The notes below the pieces were generated by a model. That model searched no databases. It saw only the letters and a list, made by a program, of their open reading frames with translations, and was not told the DNA's origin. DNA of 62,923 nucleotides, filler included, from Deltaproteobacteria bacterium (GTDB lineage: Bacteria > JAEEML01), in assembly GCA_016283195.1 (NCBI GenBank). It is 3 parts of 3 records of this genome, joined end to end, with 100 filler letters (N's around TTAATTAATTAA, not from the genome) between each part and the next. Parts side by side here need not be neighbours in the genome. Positions count along the whole stretch, not along the records: positions 34,069 to 62,923 come from JAEEML010000121.1; 2 more parts are not named here. One strand, 5' to 3'. Within the stretch, counting starts at the first letter, position 1, and each line of letters starts with the position of its first letter. The position numbers and the translations under genes are program-made. This document shows positions 50,144 through 58,890 of this stretch, piece by piece.

Positions 50144-51568
50144 ATGAAAAAAATAGCGATTTTATTGGTTATATTCGTCTTAACTTCTTGTAACGATAAA
50201 GATCTTACCACGGAAGTTACAGGCATTAATCTGGCCACCATTGAAACCCCGGCGACGGCGATTTTTCACGGCGACCCGGCCCCCACTCTTTACCATGATA
50301 TGCCCCTGGCCCAGCAAAACAGCATTGTGGCCGTTTGCGGCGTAAAATCAGGAAAATGCTTTTGCAGCGGCACCATCATTTCTCCCCACCTGGTCTTAAC
50401 AGCCAGCCATTGCGTAATTGAGCTGGCCAGCGGTTTTCCCACAAAAGAAGCCGGCGATATCGAAATAAGAATAGGGCAAAACAACTTACATTATGAAAAA
50501 AGGCTGGCAGTACAAGAGGTCTATACTAAAAACTATATGACCGACGGCTATAACCACGATGTGGCCTTATTGCGCCTTACGGAAGGCGACAACACCACTA
50601 TTAAAATCGGTATAAACAGCATAAACACCAAAGATCTTAAAGATAAAAAATTGCAGGCCTGCGGCTTTGGATTAACAGAATTATATGACCTATATGAATT
50701 CCACGACCGCTATTTTACCACCATGACCTTTAAAGAGGAGCTGGAAGACCATACCTATATGTTAAAAGCTAAAAAAACCGGTGTTGGCGAGGGCGATTCC
50801 GGCTCGCCGCTGCTCTATGACGACGGCGATGGCATAAAGGTAATAGCGGTGGCTTCACATGGTGAGGGCATTAGCGAAGCCGGAGATCCTGATGCCGGTA
50901 TGACTACCGAACCATGCTATGCGCCCATCAGCGAAAATCTGGATTTTATTACCAAATATATGAATCAAGTTGACCCGCCGGAGTGTCTTAAGGCCTGTGC
51001 CGGCAAGGAATGCGGCACTGTTAATGATTGTATTTGCGGCGGCTGCGGCCTGGATGGCGATGCTGTGTGTGAAAATAATCGCTGCCTTTCCAGGTTACCC
51101 CAAAGCGGGGTTTGCAGCTATCAAGGCGGCCTAGACGGAAATATTCCCCTTGATGAGTTTGGCGAGAAGGAACACTGCCTCAATAATAAAGAGTGCCCCC
51201 ATGGGCAAATATGCTATAGCGAAGGCGAAGAGGCAATTTGCACCACAACCTGCCCTTATGAGGCCAGAGAAGCCGCGGGTTATAGCCAAGACGGCGCTAG
51301 CGAAGCAGCCTGCGAAGAGCCCAAAAGCTGCTTAAAATTCAATATATGCGACTCTGTTTGTCGCACCTACGAGTGCGGATCTGTGGAGGGCTGCGATTGC
51401 GGCAGCTGCGCAAACGGCGTCACCTGCACCACGGTGCACACCTGCGGATATCAAAAGAAAAAGGGCTGCAACAGCGGCGGTGAGGCGGCGCCGCTGCTTT
51501 GGCTTTTAGCGGCTCTTTTATTTGGCCACCGCTTGCTTAATCACCGGGATAATAACTTGCGAGCCTAA
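50144..51568 (+). CDS. Trypsin-like (S1) serine protease with Cys-rich repeats and a MYXO-CTERM-like sorting tail
   Basis: CSGTII, LTASHC, DVALLRL, GDSGSPL triad; C.GKECG..CICGGC repeats; terminal KKKGCNSGGEAAPLLWLLAALLFGHR; N-terminal lipobox LTSC. Confidence 0.92.
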   Translation: MKKIAILLVIFVLTSCNDKDLTTEVTGINLATIETPATAIFHGDPAPTLYHDMPLAQQNSIVAVCGVKSGKCFCSGTIISPHLVLTASHCVIELASGFPTKEAGDIEIRIGQNNLHYEKRLAVQEVYTKNYMTDGYNHDVALLRLTEGDNTTIKIGINSINTKDLKDKKLQACGFGLTELYDLYEFHDRYFTTMTFKEELEDHTYMLKAKKTGVGEGDSGSPLLYDDGDGIKVIAVASHGEGISEAGDPDAGMTTEPCYAPISENLDFITKYMNQVDPPECLKACAGKECGTVNDCICGGCGLDGDAVCENNRCLSRLPQSGVCSYQGGLDGNIPLDEFGEKEHCLNNKECPHGQICYSEGEEAICTTTCPYEAREAAGYSQDGASEAACEEPKSCLKFNICDSVCRTYECGSVEGCDCGSCANGVTCTTVHTCGYQKKKGCNSGGEAAPLLWLLAALLFGHRLLNHRDNNLRA

Positions 51569-51620
51569 GTTAAGAGTTATTTTCTTTGATGTCCGGCATA
51601 AATAAAGGCCGGCGAGGCTG

Positions 51621-52556
51621 ATGATGGAAGAAAAAAACAATATGCGCCGTCTTGATAAAGCCGTACAGGAAGAGGCGGCTCTTTCCCGCTCTCTGGCCCG
51701 GCGGCTTATTGCTCTGGGAAAAGTTAAATTAAACGGCAAAATATGCCGCGTTTTGGCCAAAGAGGTGCACCCGGGCGACAGTTTAATAATAGATTCACAC
51801 TTTGAGAAAGAGGCGGCGGGGCCTGGCGATGTCACCCAAAAAGCCAATGATTTCATAATATATCAAGATAAATATCTTTTGGTGATAAATAAGCCTCTCG
51901 GCGTTATTTGCGAAGATAGCAGTAGCGGCCATGCGCTAACTGCTGTCGGCCTTTTAAAAAGCAGCGGCCTTTTTCACCCCAGCGATAAATTTTTTCTGGT
52001 CCACCGTTTGGATGCCACCACCACCGGCCTGCTGCTAATAGCCAGGCGCCCCAAAGCGGCCGATGCCCTTTTTGCTCAGTTTCGTGAACGGCTGGTAAAA
52101 AAGAGCTATTTGGCACTGATGTCCGGCACTTTGGAAAAAGAGACCGCTATAGACGGCCCCATCGGGCGGGAGGCTCCAGGTTCCCAGCGCCATCTAGTGC
52201 GCAAAGATGGCAAAGAGGCTTTTACCGAGTTCGTGCCTCTTGCCGCGGCCGGCGGAGTCACGCTCACTCTCTGCAAGCCCACCACCGGCCGCACCCACCA
52301 AATTAGAGTCCATAGCGCCTTTTGCGGCCATCCGCTTTTGGGTGATAAACTTTACGGCGGCCCGCGCTTTATCAGCCTGCCGGGGGAAGAGGCAATTTCG
52401 TGTAACCGTGCGCTTTTACACGCCTATACCATTGATTTTTTGCACCCGGTTACTCATGAAAAGATGCATTTTGAGGCGCCGCTGCCGACTGATATGGCGG
52501 AGATAATTAACGCTTTGGGGCTTAAGACAGCAGCTATAGGTCAGGCATTTTTGTAA
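51621..52556 (+). CDS. RluA/RluD-family pseudouridine synthase with S4 domain
   Basis: S4 domain, INKPLG, VHRLDATTTG, TGRTHQIRVH, GDKLYG, LLHA. Confidence 0.95.
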   Translation: MMEEKNNMRRLDKAVQEEAALSRSLARRLIALGKVKLNGKICRVLAKEVHPGDSLIIDSHFEKEAAGPGDVTQKANDFIIYQDKYLLVINKPLGVICEDSSSGHALTAVGLLKSSGLFHPSDKFFLVHRLDATTTGLLLIARRPKAADALFAQFRERLVKKSYLALMSGTLEKETAIDGPIGREAPGSQRHLVRKDGKEAFTEFVPLAAAGGVTLTLCKPTTGRTHQIRVHSAFCGHPLLGDKLYGGPRFISLPGEEAISCNRALLHAYTIDFLHPVTHEKMHFEAPLPTDMAEIINALGLKTAAIGQAFL

Positions 52557-53782
52557 TCTTTAAAGGGATTCATCTCTTTTTCCAGGCGCTCATAGCGATC
52601 GATAGCTTTATGTACATATTCCCGTTTTTCTTTATATGAGCCCGGGTAGAAGCTGCGCTTAAAGCCGTAAACCACAATATTTTTAATATCATTGGGCGAA
52701 AGGTTAAAGTGGCGGATAGCCAGGCTGAGCTCGTTGGAAACATCGGTATTGGAAACCAGGCGGTTATCGGTGCAAATGGTGGTGGAAAGCTTATTGGCCA
52801 CCATATCTTTAAAGGGATGACGCGAAAGGTTCGTCAGCGCCGGATTGGTTTGCATATTGGAAGTAAGGCAAACCTCAATAGTAATGCGGCGATGGGCGAT
52901 ATAAGAGGCGAGATCCTCCACATAGCGTCTTTTATCGGTGATAGAAGGCGTAGTAACGGCACTCACATCAAAAAGATAAGTGCCGTGGCCGATGCGGTCG
53001 GCGTGCAAATCGGTAATAGCCTGGAAGATGGATTCCGGCCCATAAGCTTCACCGGCATGGACCGTGAGTTTCAAAAAGTTTTTGTGGGCATAGGCATAAG
53101 CGGCAAAGTGGTCGCCGGCCGGCCAGCCGTTTTCGGCACCGGCTAAATCAAAGCCCACAATGGGCAGCCCCAGATTATTGCGGGCCGCCACCGCCGCCCG
53201 GGCCAGTTCCAGAGAGGCTTGAGCCTGAATATCCACTTGGGCGGCTGAAGCCATAACTTCACTTATTTTGCCGAAATATTCACTGGAAGCGGGGGTGAAA
53301 AAGCGCATAGCGCAGACAATTATGCCATATTCAAAGGGAATATCGTTGCCGGAGAGCACGGCTTCCGAGCGGTTGTATTCGCTTTTAGCCCGCTCAAAAC
53401 CGCGATGGACGGCGGCACAGACATCGGCAATGGAGCGATCTTTGGAAGTATGCAGCTGCGGGGCAAAACGCGGCTCAATATAGCGCACGCCCTCAGCTAT
53501 GGCATCTTGAGCCATTTCATAGGAGATGCGCTCGATATTTTCTAAATTTTGCATAACTTTGGTGGTGTAATCAAAGCCGCGCAAATATTCAACTAAGCTG
53601 GCATATTGGTCTTTAAAAACCTCTTTTCTTAGGCCCTCTTCGGTATATGAAGGCAGCTCCACTTTAGCCTCTTTGGCAAGCTCTATTAAGGTGGATATCC
53701 GCAAAGAACCATCAATATGTACATGGAGATCGGTTTTGGGAATAGCGCGGATAAATTGCTGCAATATGCTGTTTTCCTTCAT
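52541..53782 (-). CDS. add: Adenosine deaminase family protein
   Basis: PKTDLHVHIDGS, GFDLAGAE, TVHAGEA, RIGHG, CLTSN, CTDN. Confidence 0.93.
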   Translation of the reverse strand: MKENSILQQFIRAIPKTDLHVHIDGSLRISTLIELAKEAKVELPSYTEEGLRKEVFKDQYASLVEYLRGFDYTTKVMQNLENIERISYEMAQDAIAEGVRYIEPRFAPQLHTSKDRSIADVCAAVHRGFERAKSEYNRSEAVLSGNDIPFEYGIIVCAMRFFTPASSEYFGKISEVMASAAQVDIQAQASLELARAAVAARNNLGLPIVGFDLAGAENGWPAGDHFAAYAYAHKNFLKLTVHAGEAYGPESIFQAITDLHADRIGHGTYLFDVSAVTTPSITDKRRYVEDLASYIAHRRITIEVCLTSNMQTNPALTNLSRHPFKDMVANKLSTTICTDNRLVSNTDVSNELSLAIRHFNLSPNDIKNIVVYGFKRSFYPGSYKEKREYVHKAIDRYERLEKEMNPFKDYKNA

Positions 53783-53899
53783 TTTTTACCTCATAGTTAA
53801 AAGAATGGCTCACCTCAACTTACGGAGAGCAGTTAGGTGATAATAAAGATGAATGGGGGGAATGGCAATGAAAATATGGCTGGTACTTGCGAAAATATA

Positions 53900-54862
53900 T
53901 TATTTAGCCGGTTTTACACAGCGGACGGAGGCATAGGTATCTTGGAGGAGTTCCAATTGGCCAACGGAGCCCAGGCCCAAAATAACACTCATGGCCTGGG
54001 GCGGGGTGGCTATAGAGATATCATCGCTGGAGCCGTCATCGCCATCGGTATCGGCATCATCGGTATCGGCATCGCCGCCGTCTTCATTGGGATCAAAAAC
54101 GGTTGAAGTCCAGAAGTAAGCATAAAGATTTTCGTAATCAAGCCCATCAGATTCAGCGTCATCTTCTTTAACACCGCAGCCCCAAGTCTCTTCACAGGCA
54201 CCGGCCGGAAGAGCCATAAAGCCCAGGCCGCCTTTGCCACGGAAATCGGTGGTGAGATATTCATCATCGGTACCGGTAGCGCCTTCCCAAGCAGGAGCAT
54301 ACCAGAGGTCGGATTTGGCAATGAGGGCGAGGAAAGCCGGATTCTTGGTATCGGCCCCATTATCGCCGGCAGATTTCAAAAGCGCAGCAAATTCTTGGGC
54401 AGTGGGGAGGCGCCAGCCTTCGGGGCAGAAGCCGGCTTTACTGGCCATCTCAAAAGTATAAAGTTTGCCGTAAATGGCATCGTTTTTGGTATCGCCGCCA
54501 ACCGATTTGGCACCCTCTACAGCCACACTATAGTTTTCGGACATCCAGATGAGGTCACCAACAACGATATTATCTTTTTTAACTTTCTTGGCGCTGGTTT
54601 GAATAGCGGCGGTTTTATAAGATTTGCCGTCTTTATCTTTAACTTCGGCATAAGGAGTACAATCGGGGCCATAGCCTTCGGTATCTTTGCAAATATCGCA
54701 TTTATCACCGCTCCAGGCATTTTCGCAGGTTTTGTTATCTTTGGGTTGCTCTTGTTTGTTGCCTTTGTTGTCGCCATCGCTAGTTTTGTCTTTCTCTCCA
54801 CAAGCGGTGAGAGCAAGAGCACTAACAAGAGTAGCTAAGAGTGTCATTTTCAACTTCTTCAT
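53900..54862 (-). CDS. FISUMP (Fib_succ_major) domain lipoprotein with an EGF-like Cys motif
   Basis: Lipobox LTAC; CENAWSGDKCDIC...YGPDC; DKDGKSYKT, WMSEN, YGKLYTF, CPEGWRLPT, GFMALPAG, FWTST, SVRCVK. Confidence 0.92.
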   Translation of the reverse strand: MKKLKMTLLATLVSALALTACGEKDKTSDGDNKGNKQEQPKDNKTCENAWSGDKCDICKDTEGYGPDCTPYAEVKDKDGKSYKTAAIQTSAKKVKKDNIVVGDLIWMSENYSVAVEGAKSVGGDTKNDAIYGKLYTFEMASKAGFCPEGWRLPTAQEFAALLKSAGDNGADTKNPAFLALIAKSDLWYAPAWEGATGTDDEYLTTDFRGKGGLGFMALPAGACEETWGCGVKEDDAESDGLDYENLYAYFWTSTVFDPNEDGGDADTDDADTDGDDGSSDDISIATPPQAMSVILGLGSVGQLELLQDTYASVRCVKPAK

Positions 54863-55025
54863 TTTAGTTCCTTTCTTTGTCGCCGCGTTAAAAAATTTGC
54901 GACATTCGTTATCTCATCTTTTAATAGTTGAGATTATTAAAATCAAGTTTTTTTTAAAATTAAAAATAAAAAAATAATTCTATATTATCAACTAGTTACA
55001 AACAAAAATACAGTCAACAAAATTG

Positions 55026-55143
55026 TGACATTTTTGTCATGGTTTAAACCTTTTTTTTAAGGTGCTCCAGGCGGCAAATACAATATTTTTTGCACCTCGG
55101 CGCCGGGTTGGCATTAAAAAAACTTACTATGACATTTTTGTCG
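55026..55143. promoter_or_regulatory. Two copies of the palindrome TGACA-TTTT-TGTC(A/G), putative operator pair upstream of the FISUMP lipoprotein
   Basis: Copies at 55026-55039 and 55130-55143 in an AT-rich intergenic region. Confidence 0.55.
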
Positions 55144-55236
55144 TCATACAAAATAATACAAATAAATTATATTCATAAAACTATCGGTAATTATAAGAAA
55201 ATTATGCTTATTAGCAAAAGTATGGCAAATGATGAT

Positions 55237-57351
55237 TTAGGGCATTTTTAGATTTTTCATAATGAAGGAATAAATATCCACCATTTCTTCTATTTGCTTA
55301 TCGGTGGGCTTGCCATGGCCATGGCCAGCTTTGCTGTCTATGCGCAGTAGCACCGGATTTTTGCCCTTTTGCGCTGCTTGCAAAGTAGCGGCAAATTTAA
55401 AGGAGTGGGCCGGAACCACGCGGTCGTCGGTATCGGCAGTGGTGATGAGAGTGGGCGGCGCTTTTATGCTACTTGGCACATTATGGAGCGGCGAATAGGC
55501 ATACATAAATTTAAAGTGCTCGCTATTTTCTTCGGCATTACCATATTCGCCCACCCAGAAGCGCCCCACGGTAAAGCGGTGATAACGCAACATATCGGTT
55601 ACCGGCACCTGGGCCACGGCAGCGCCAAAGAGTTCCGGCGCTTGCAACAAGGTGGCGGTCACTAAAAGGCCGCCGTTGGAGCCGCCATTGATGGCCAGTT
55701 TCTCCGGTGAGGTAAATTTTTCGGCTATGAGATATTTGGCCGCAGCAATAAAGTCATCGAAAACATTCTGTTTATTACCCAGCATACCGGCTTTATGCCA
55801 CTCCTCGCCGTATTCGGTGCCGCCTCTTAAATTGGCCACCACATAAACGCCGCCCTGCTCCAGCCAGTAGAGGCGGTGCACTTTGAAAAATGGGGTGAGA
55901 TTGATGTTAAAGCCGCCGTAACCATATAAAATAGCAGGATTTTTGCCGTTTTTAGCTAGGTCCTTTTTTGCGGTTACAAAAATGGGCACGCGGGTGCCGT
56001 CTTTGGAAGTTACAAAATACTGCTTAGTCTCAAAAGCGCTGGTATCAACAGGCAAATTGATGGGCCACACTACTGCCGGCTGGCTGGCTAAATTCCCGCT
56101 ATCAAAACGATAAACCGTCCTGGGGCTCAAAAAGCTCTCAAAGCCAAAATAGACAGTGCTCTCTTTAAAGCTGGTCTTTAATCCGCTGATGGAGCCCAAG
56201 CCTGGCAAAGCCACTTTATCAATCAGGCGGCCATCCAGAGCAAATACTTTGAGGCGGTGGGCAGCATCTTCCATATAAGCGGCCACCAGGCGGTCTTTGC
56301 TCCTCTTTACGCCGTCTAAAACAGCCGTTTGCTCCGGCACCAATTCGCTTATTTCGTTACTTCCAAGCTCTTTGGCAATAATGCGCCCTTTGGGAGCGTT
56401 TAAGTTGCTGTGCAGAATAAACTTATGGCCTTCGTTAGCCACCACCTGATACATGGCATCGGCTTTATCAAAGAGGGTGACAAAGGGGGCGTCAGTTTGC
56501 AAATCTTTAACAATTACTTTGTTTTCCGGGTCGGTGCCATTAAAGATATGAATCACCAGATAGCGGCCGTCGTCGGTCACCATGGGGTCATATATCATAT
56601 TGAGATCATTCTCTTCTTCGTAAATGAGGCGGTCTTCGGCCTGGAGAGTTCCCAGGGCGTGGTACCACACTTTGTTGCCGCCGGTCATGTGCTCTTTAGA
56701 GACATTTTTCGGGTCGTCGTAGCGGTTATAATAAAAACCGCTACTGCCATCGGCCCAGGCGACATCGGAGAATTTGCACCAATCGAGGCGATCGGTGGTG
56801 TTTGCTCTTTTTTCCACATCGTAAATATAGATAGTTTGCCAATCTGAGCCGGATCCGGAGGTGGCATAAGCCACATAGCGGCCATCATCGTTCGGAAAAA
56901 CCGAGGCAATTTCCACAGTACCGTCTTTAGAGAGCGTATTGGCATCAATCAGCACTTCGGCTTCGCTACTGCCATCTTCTTGCATCATAAAGAGCGGCTG
57001 ATTCTGCAAACCGCTTTGCTTAAAAAAGAAGAGGCGCCCCCCGGCCTGCTTTGGCACCGAGTAGGCATCATATTGCCAAATGGCGGTCAGGCGCTCTTTC
57101 ATAGCCTTCCGGCCGGGAATTTTGGCCAGATAGGTGCCGGTGAGCTCATTTTGCGCCGCTATCCACTCTTTAACCTCCTGGCTATCGGCTTCTTCCAGCC
57201 AGCGATACGGGTCGGCTACAACCTGGCCGTGGTAATCATCTTTTACATCCACTTTTTTGCTTAGAGGGTAAGTGAGCGCTCCGGTGGAGGCGCAGGAGGC
57301 CAGTGTCATAATAGCCAATACTCCTATTAGTAAGTATTTATTTTTATTCAT
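55237..57351 (-). CDS. Prolyl oligopeptidase (S9A), lipoprotein
   Basis: DPYRWLE, YGYGGF, GGSNGGLL, DDRVVP.H, AGHG catalytic motifs; lipobox LASC. Confidence 0.96.
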   Translation of the reverse strand: MNKNKYLLIGVLAIMTLASCASTGALTYPLSKKVDVKDDYHGQVVADPYRWLEEADSQEVKEWIAAQNELTGTYLAKIPGRKAMKERLTAIWQYDAYSVPKQAGGRLFFFKQSGLQNQPLFMMQEDGSSEAEVLIDANTLSKDGTVEIASVFPNDDGRYVAYATSGSGSDWQTIYIYDVEKRANTTDRLDWCKFSDVAWADGSSGFYYNRYDDPKNVSKEHMTGGNKVWYHALGTLQAEDRLIYEEENDLNMIYDPMVTDDGRYLVIHIFNGTDPENKVIVKDLQTDAPFVTLFDKADAMYQVVANEGHKFILHSNLNAPKGRIIAKELGSNEISELVPEQTAVLDGVKRSKDRLVAAYMEDAAHRLKVFALDGRLIDKVALPGLGSISGLKTSFKESTVYFGFESFLSPRTVYRFDSGNLASQPAVVWPINLPVDTSAFETKQYFVTSKDGTRVPIFVTAKKDLAKNGKNPAILYGYGGFNINLTPFFKVHRLYWLEQGGVYVVANLRGGTEYGEEWHKAGMLGNKQNVFDDFIAAAKYLIAEKFTSPEKLAINGGSNGGLLVTATLLQAPELFGAAVAQVPVTDMLRYHRFTVGRFWVGEYGNAEENSEHFKFMYAYSPLHNVPSSIKAPPTLITTADTDDRVVPAHSFKFAATLQAAQKGKNPVLLRIDSKAGHGHGKPTDKQIEEMVDIYSFIMKNLKMP

Positions 57352-57353
57352 TA

Positions 57354-57770
57354 TTACTCTCCATTTTTGCTAAGTAGTTCATGCAGTTCGGGAAAGAGCT
57401 CAGTTACAACGGCCGCCCGCCCCTCCAAATTGGTAAAACAGTGCGTTGAGCGCCCTTCGGCCACAAGTTTATCGCTTTGGGCATTATAAATGCTATAGAT
57501 AAAATCAAACGTTTTGCCATTATAATTAGCTAATTTTGTTGCAATTTTTACAGTATCACCATAAAAAACCGGCTTTTTATAGCGGCATTCCACATTCATC
57601 ACCGGCGAGACAACTCCACGCTTTTCCAAATCGGCAAAGCTGATACCGAGCTGCTCCAGCCAGTCCAGGCGCGCTTCCTCAAGCCAGCGGATAAAATTAG
57701 AATGGTGCACAATGCCCATTTTGTCGGTCTCATAATAGCGCACCTTTAACACATAAGGCTGGTGTTCCAT
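57354..57770 (-). CDS. Acyl-CoA thioesterase, YbgC/4HBT hot-dog family
   Basis: VRYYETDKMGIVHHSNF..W.EEAR. Confidence 0.93.
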   Translation of the reverse strand: MEHQPYVLKVRYYETDKMGIVHHSNFIRWLEEARLDWLEQLGISFADLEKRGVVSPVMNVECRYKKPVFYGDTVKIATKLANYNGKTFDFIYSIYNAQSDKLVAEGRSTHCFTNLEGRAAVVTELFPELHELLSKNGE

Positions 57771-57792
57771 AATTAACTCCTTTTTTTAAAAA

Positions 57793-58890
57793 TTATTTGC
57801 GTTTTTCAATGTAGGTATAAGCGGCGCAGCTTTTTTTTACAATAATGCGGCCGTTCATCTGATTGGTAAAGAGACCGGCTTCGATTAAAGCGCTGATGAT
57901 GGGCCGTTTTTGGCTGGCGCCAATTACCATATCGGATATTTCCACCGATTTTTTGCTCTGGCTACCGTCGCTCTCCATATTCACCAGGCGGCAATTGGAG
58001 ATAGTAGCCCCGGTGGCACCGGCATTCATAGCCACATGGAGCAAATCTTTGGCCATGGTGTCGTTGCAGATAATCATAATATTTTCCAGGTTTTTCATAT
58101 AAGTGCGCCCTTCTTGACTCTGGCCGAGAAGAGTGCGCCGGCGCCACTCGGTATTGCCCTTTATTTCATCTATGGCGCTCACTATCTGGCCCACGCTGGC
58201 GGCGGCCCGGCTGGCGCCAAAGAAGCTTTTGGTATCCATATCGGCCCGCGAAACCGGGTAAGTGAAAATAAAGCCCATACCGGGCCGGTAGAGGCGGCCG
58301 GCCTCAATTAAAAGCTCCATCATGCCTTCGGCATCGTGCTCAGCCACCACCACATTGACCATCTCTTTTTCCGGCGGAATAGTGATGCGCACCAGCCCCA
58401 TACGGTCGCGAATACCGCCGCCGGTGCCGTAATAGAGGGCCGGGACGCCGGAACCGCTATCCACCGCCCGCCGGGCGAGAGCCATACCGCGCCCGCGCTG
58501 AATAATGGCATATATGCCCATAAGTGCTGTTTTTTGCACCGAAAAATCTAAATCAAGTTCATTAAAATTATCCGGCGTCTCATCGGCTTCCAAAAGAATA
58601 GCCGGCTCCACAAAGACCGAGCCGCGCCCCTCCTGATGCCAGAGCACTTTACCAGCAATCGTCTCAAAAAGAGCTGCCTCTTCATCAGGCGCACAATAAA
58701 AATGATAAGTATCCAGGCTGTTTTCTACCCAGGGAGTGCCAAAAAAGCTCTTGGAATCGCTCAAAGCCACTCCCTTGCCTTGCTGAAAAATATAGTCGCT
58801 GATGTGGCACTCTTGTAACGTTTGCAAAAGCAGTGGGGAGACCACCTTATAAACGGCCACGGTAAATTTGGAAATAGCACGCACTCTCAT
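57793..58890 (-). CDS. Protein with three tandem PII-like (GlnB-fold) repeats
   Basis: Three ~100-120 aa units ending GRGSVFV, PGMGFIFTYPV and NGRIIV; unit 2 has I.PEKE; unit 3 has AM.AGATGATI; ATGA-coupled to the DUF1538 gene. Confidence 0.75.
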   Translation of the reverse strand: MRVRAISKFTVAVYKVVSPLLLQTLQECHISDYIFQQGKGVALSDSKSFFGTPWVENSLDTYHFYCAPDEEAALFETIAGKVLWHQEGRGSVFVEPAILLEADETPDNFNELDLDFSVQKTALMGIYAIIQRGRGMALARRAVDSGSGVPALYYGTGGGIRDRMGLVRITIPPEKEMVNVVVAEHDAEGMMELLIEAGRLYRPGMGFIFTYPVSRADMDTKSFFGASRAAASVGQIVSAIDEIKGNTEWRRRTLLGQSQEGRTYMKNLENIMIICNDTMAKDLLHVAMNAGATGATISNCRLVNMESDGSQSKKSVEISDMVIGASQKRPIISALIEAGLFTNQMNGRIIVKKSCAAYTYIEKRK

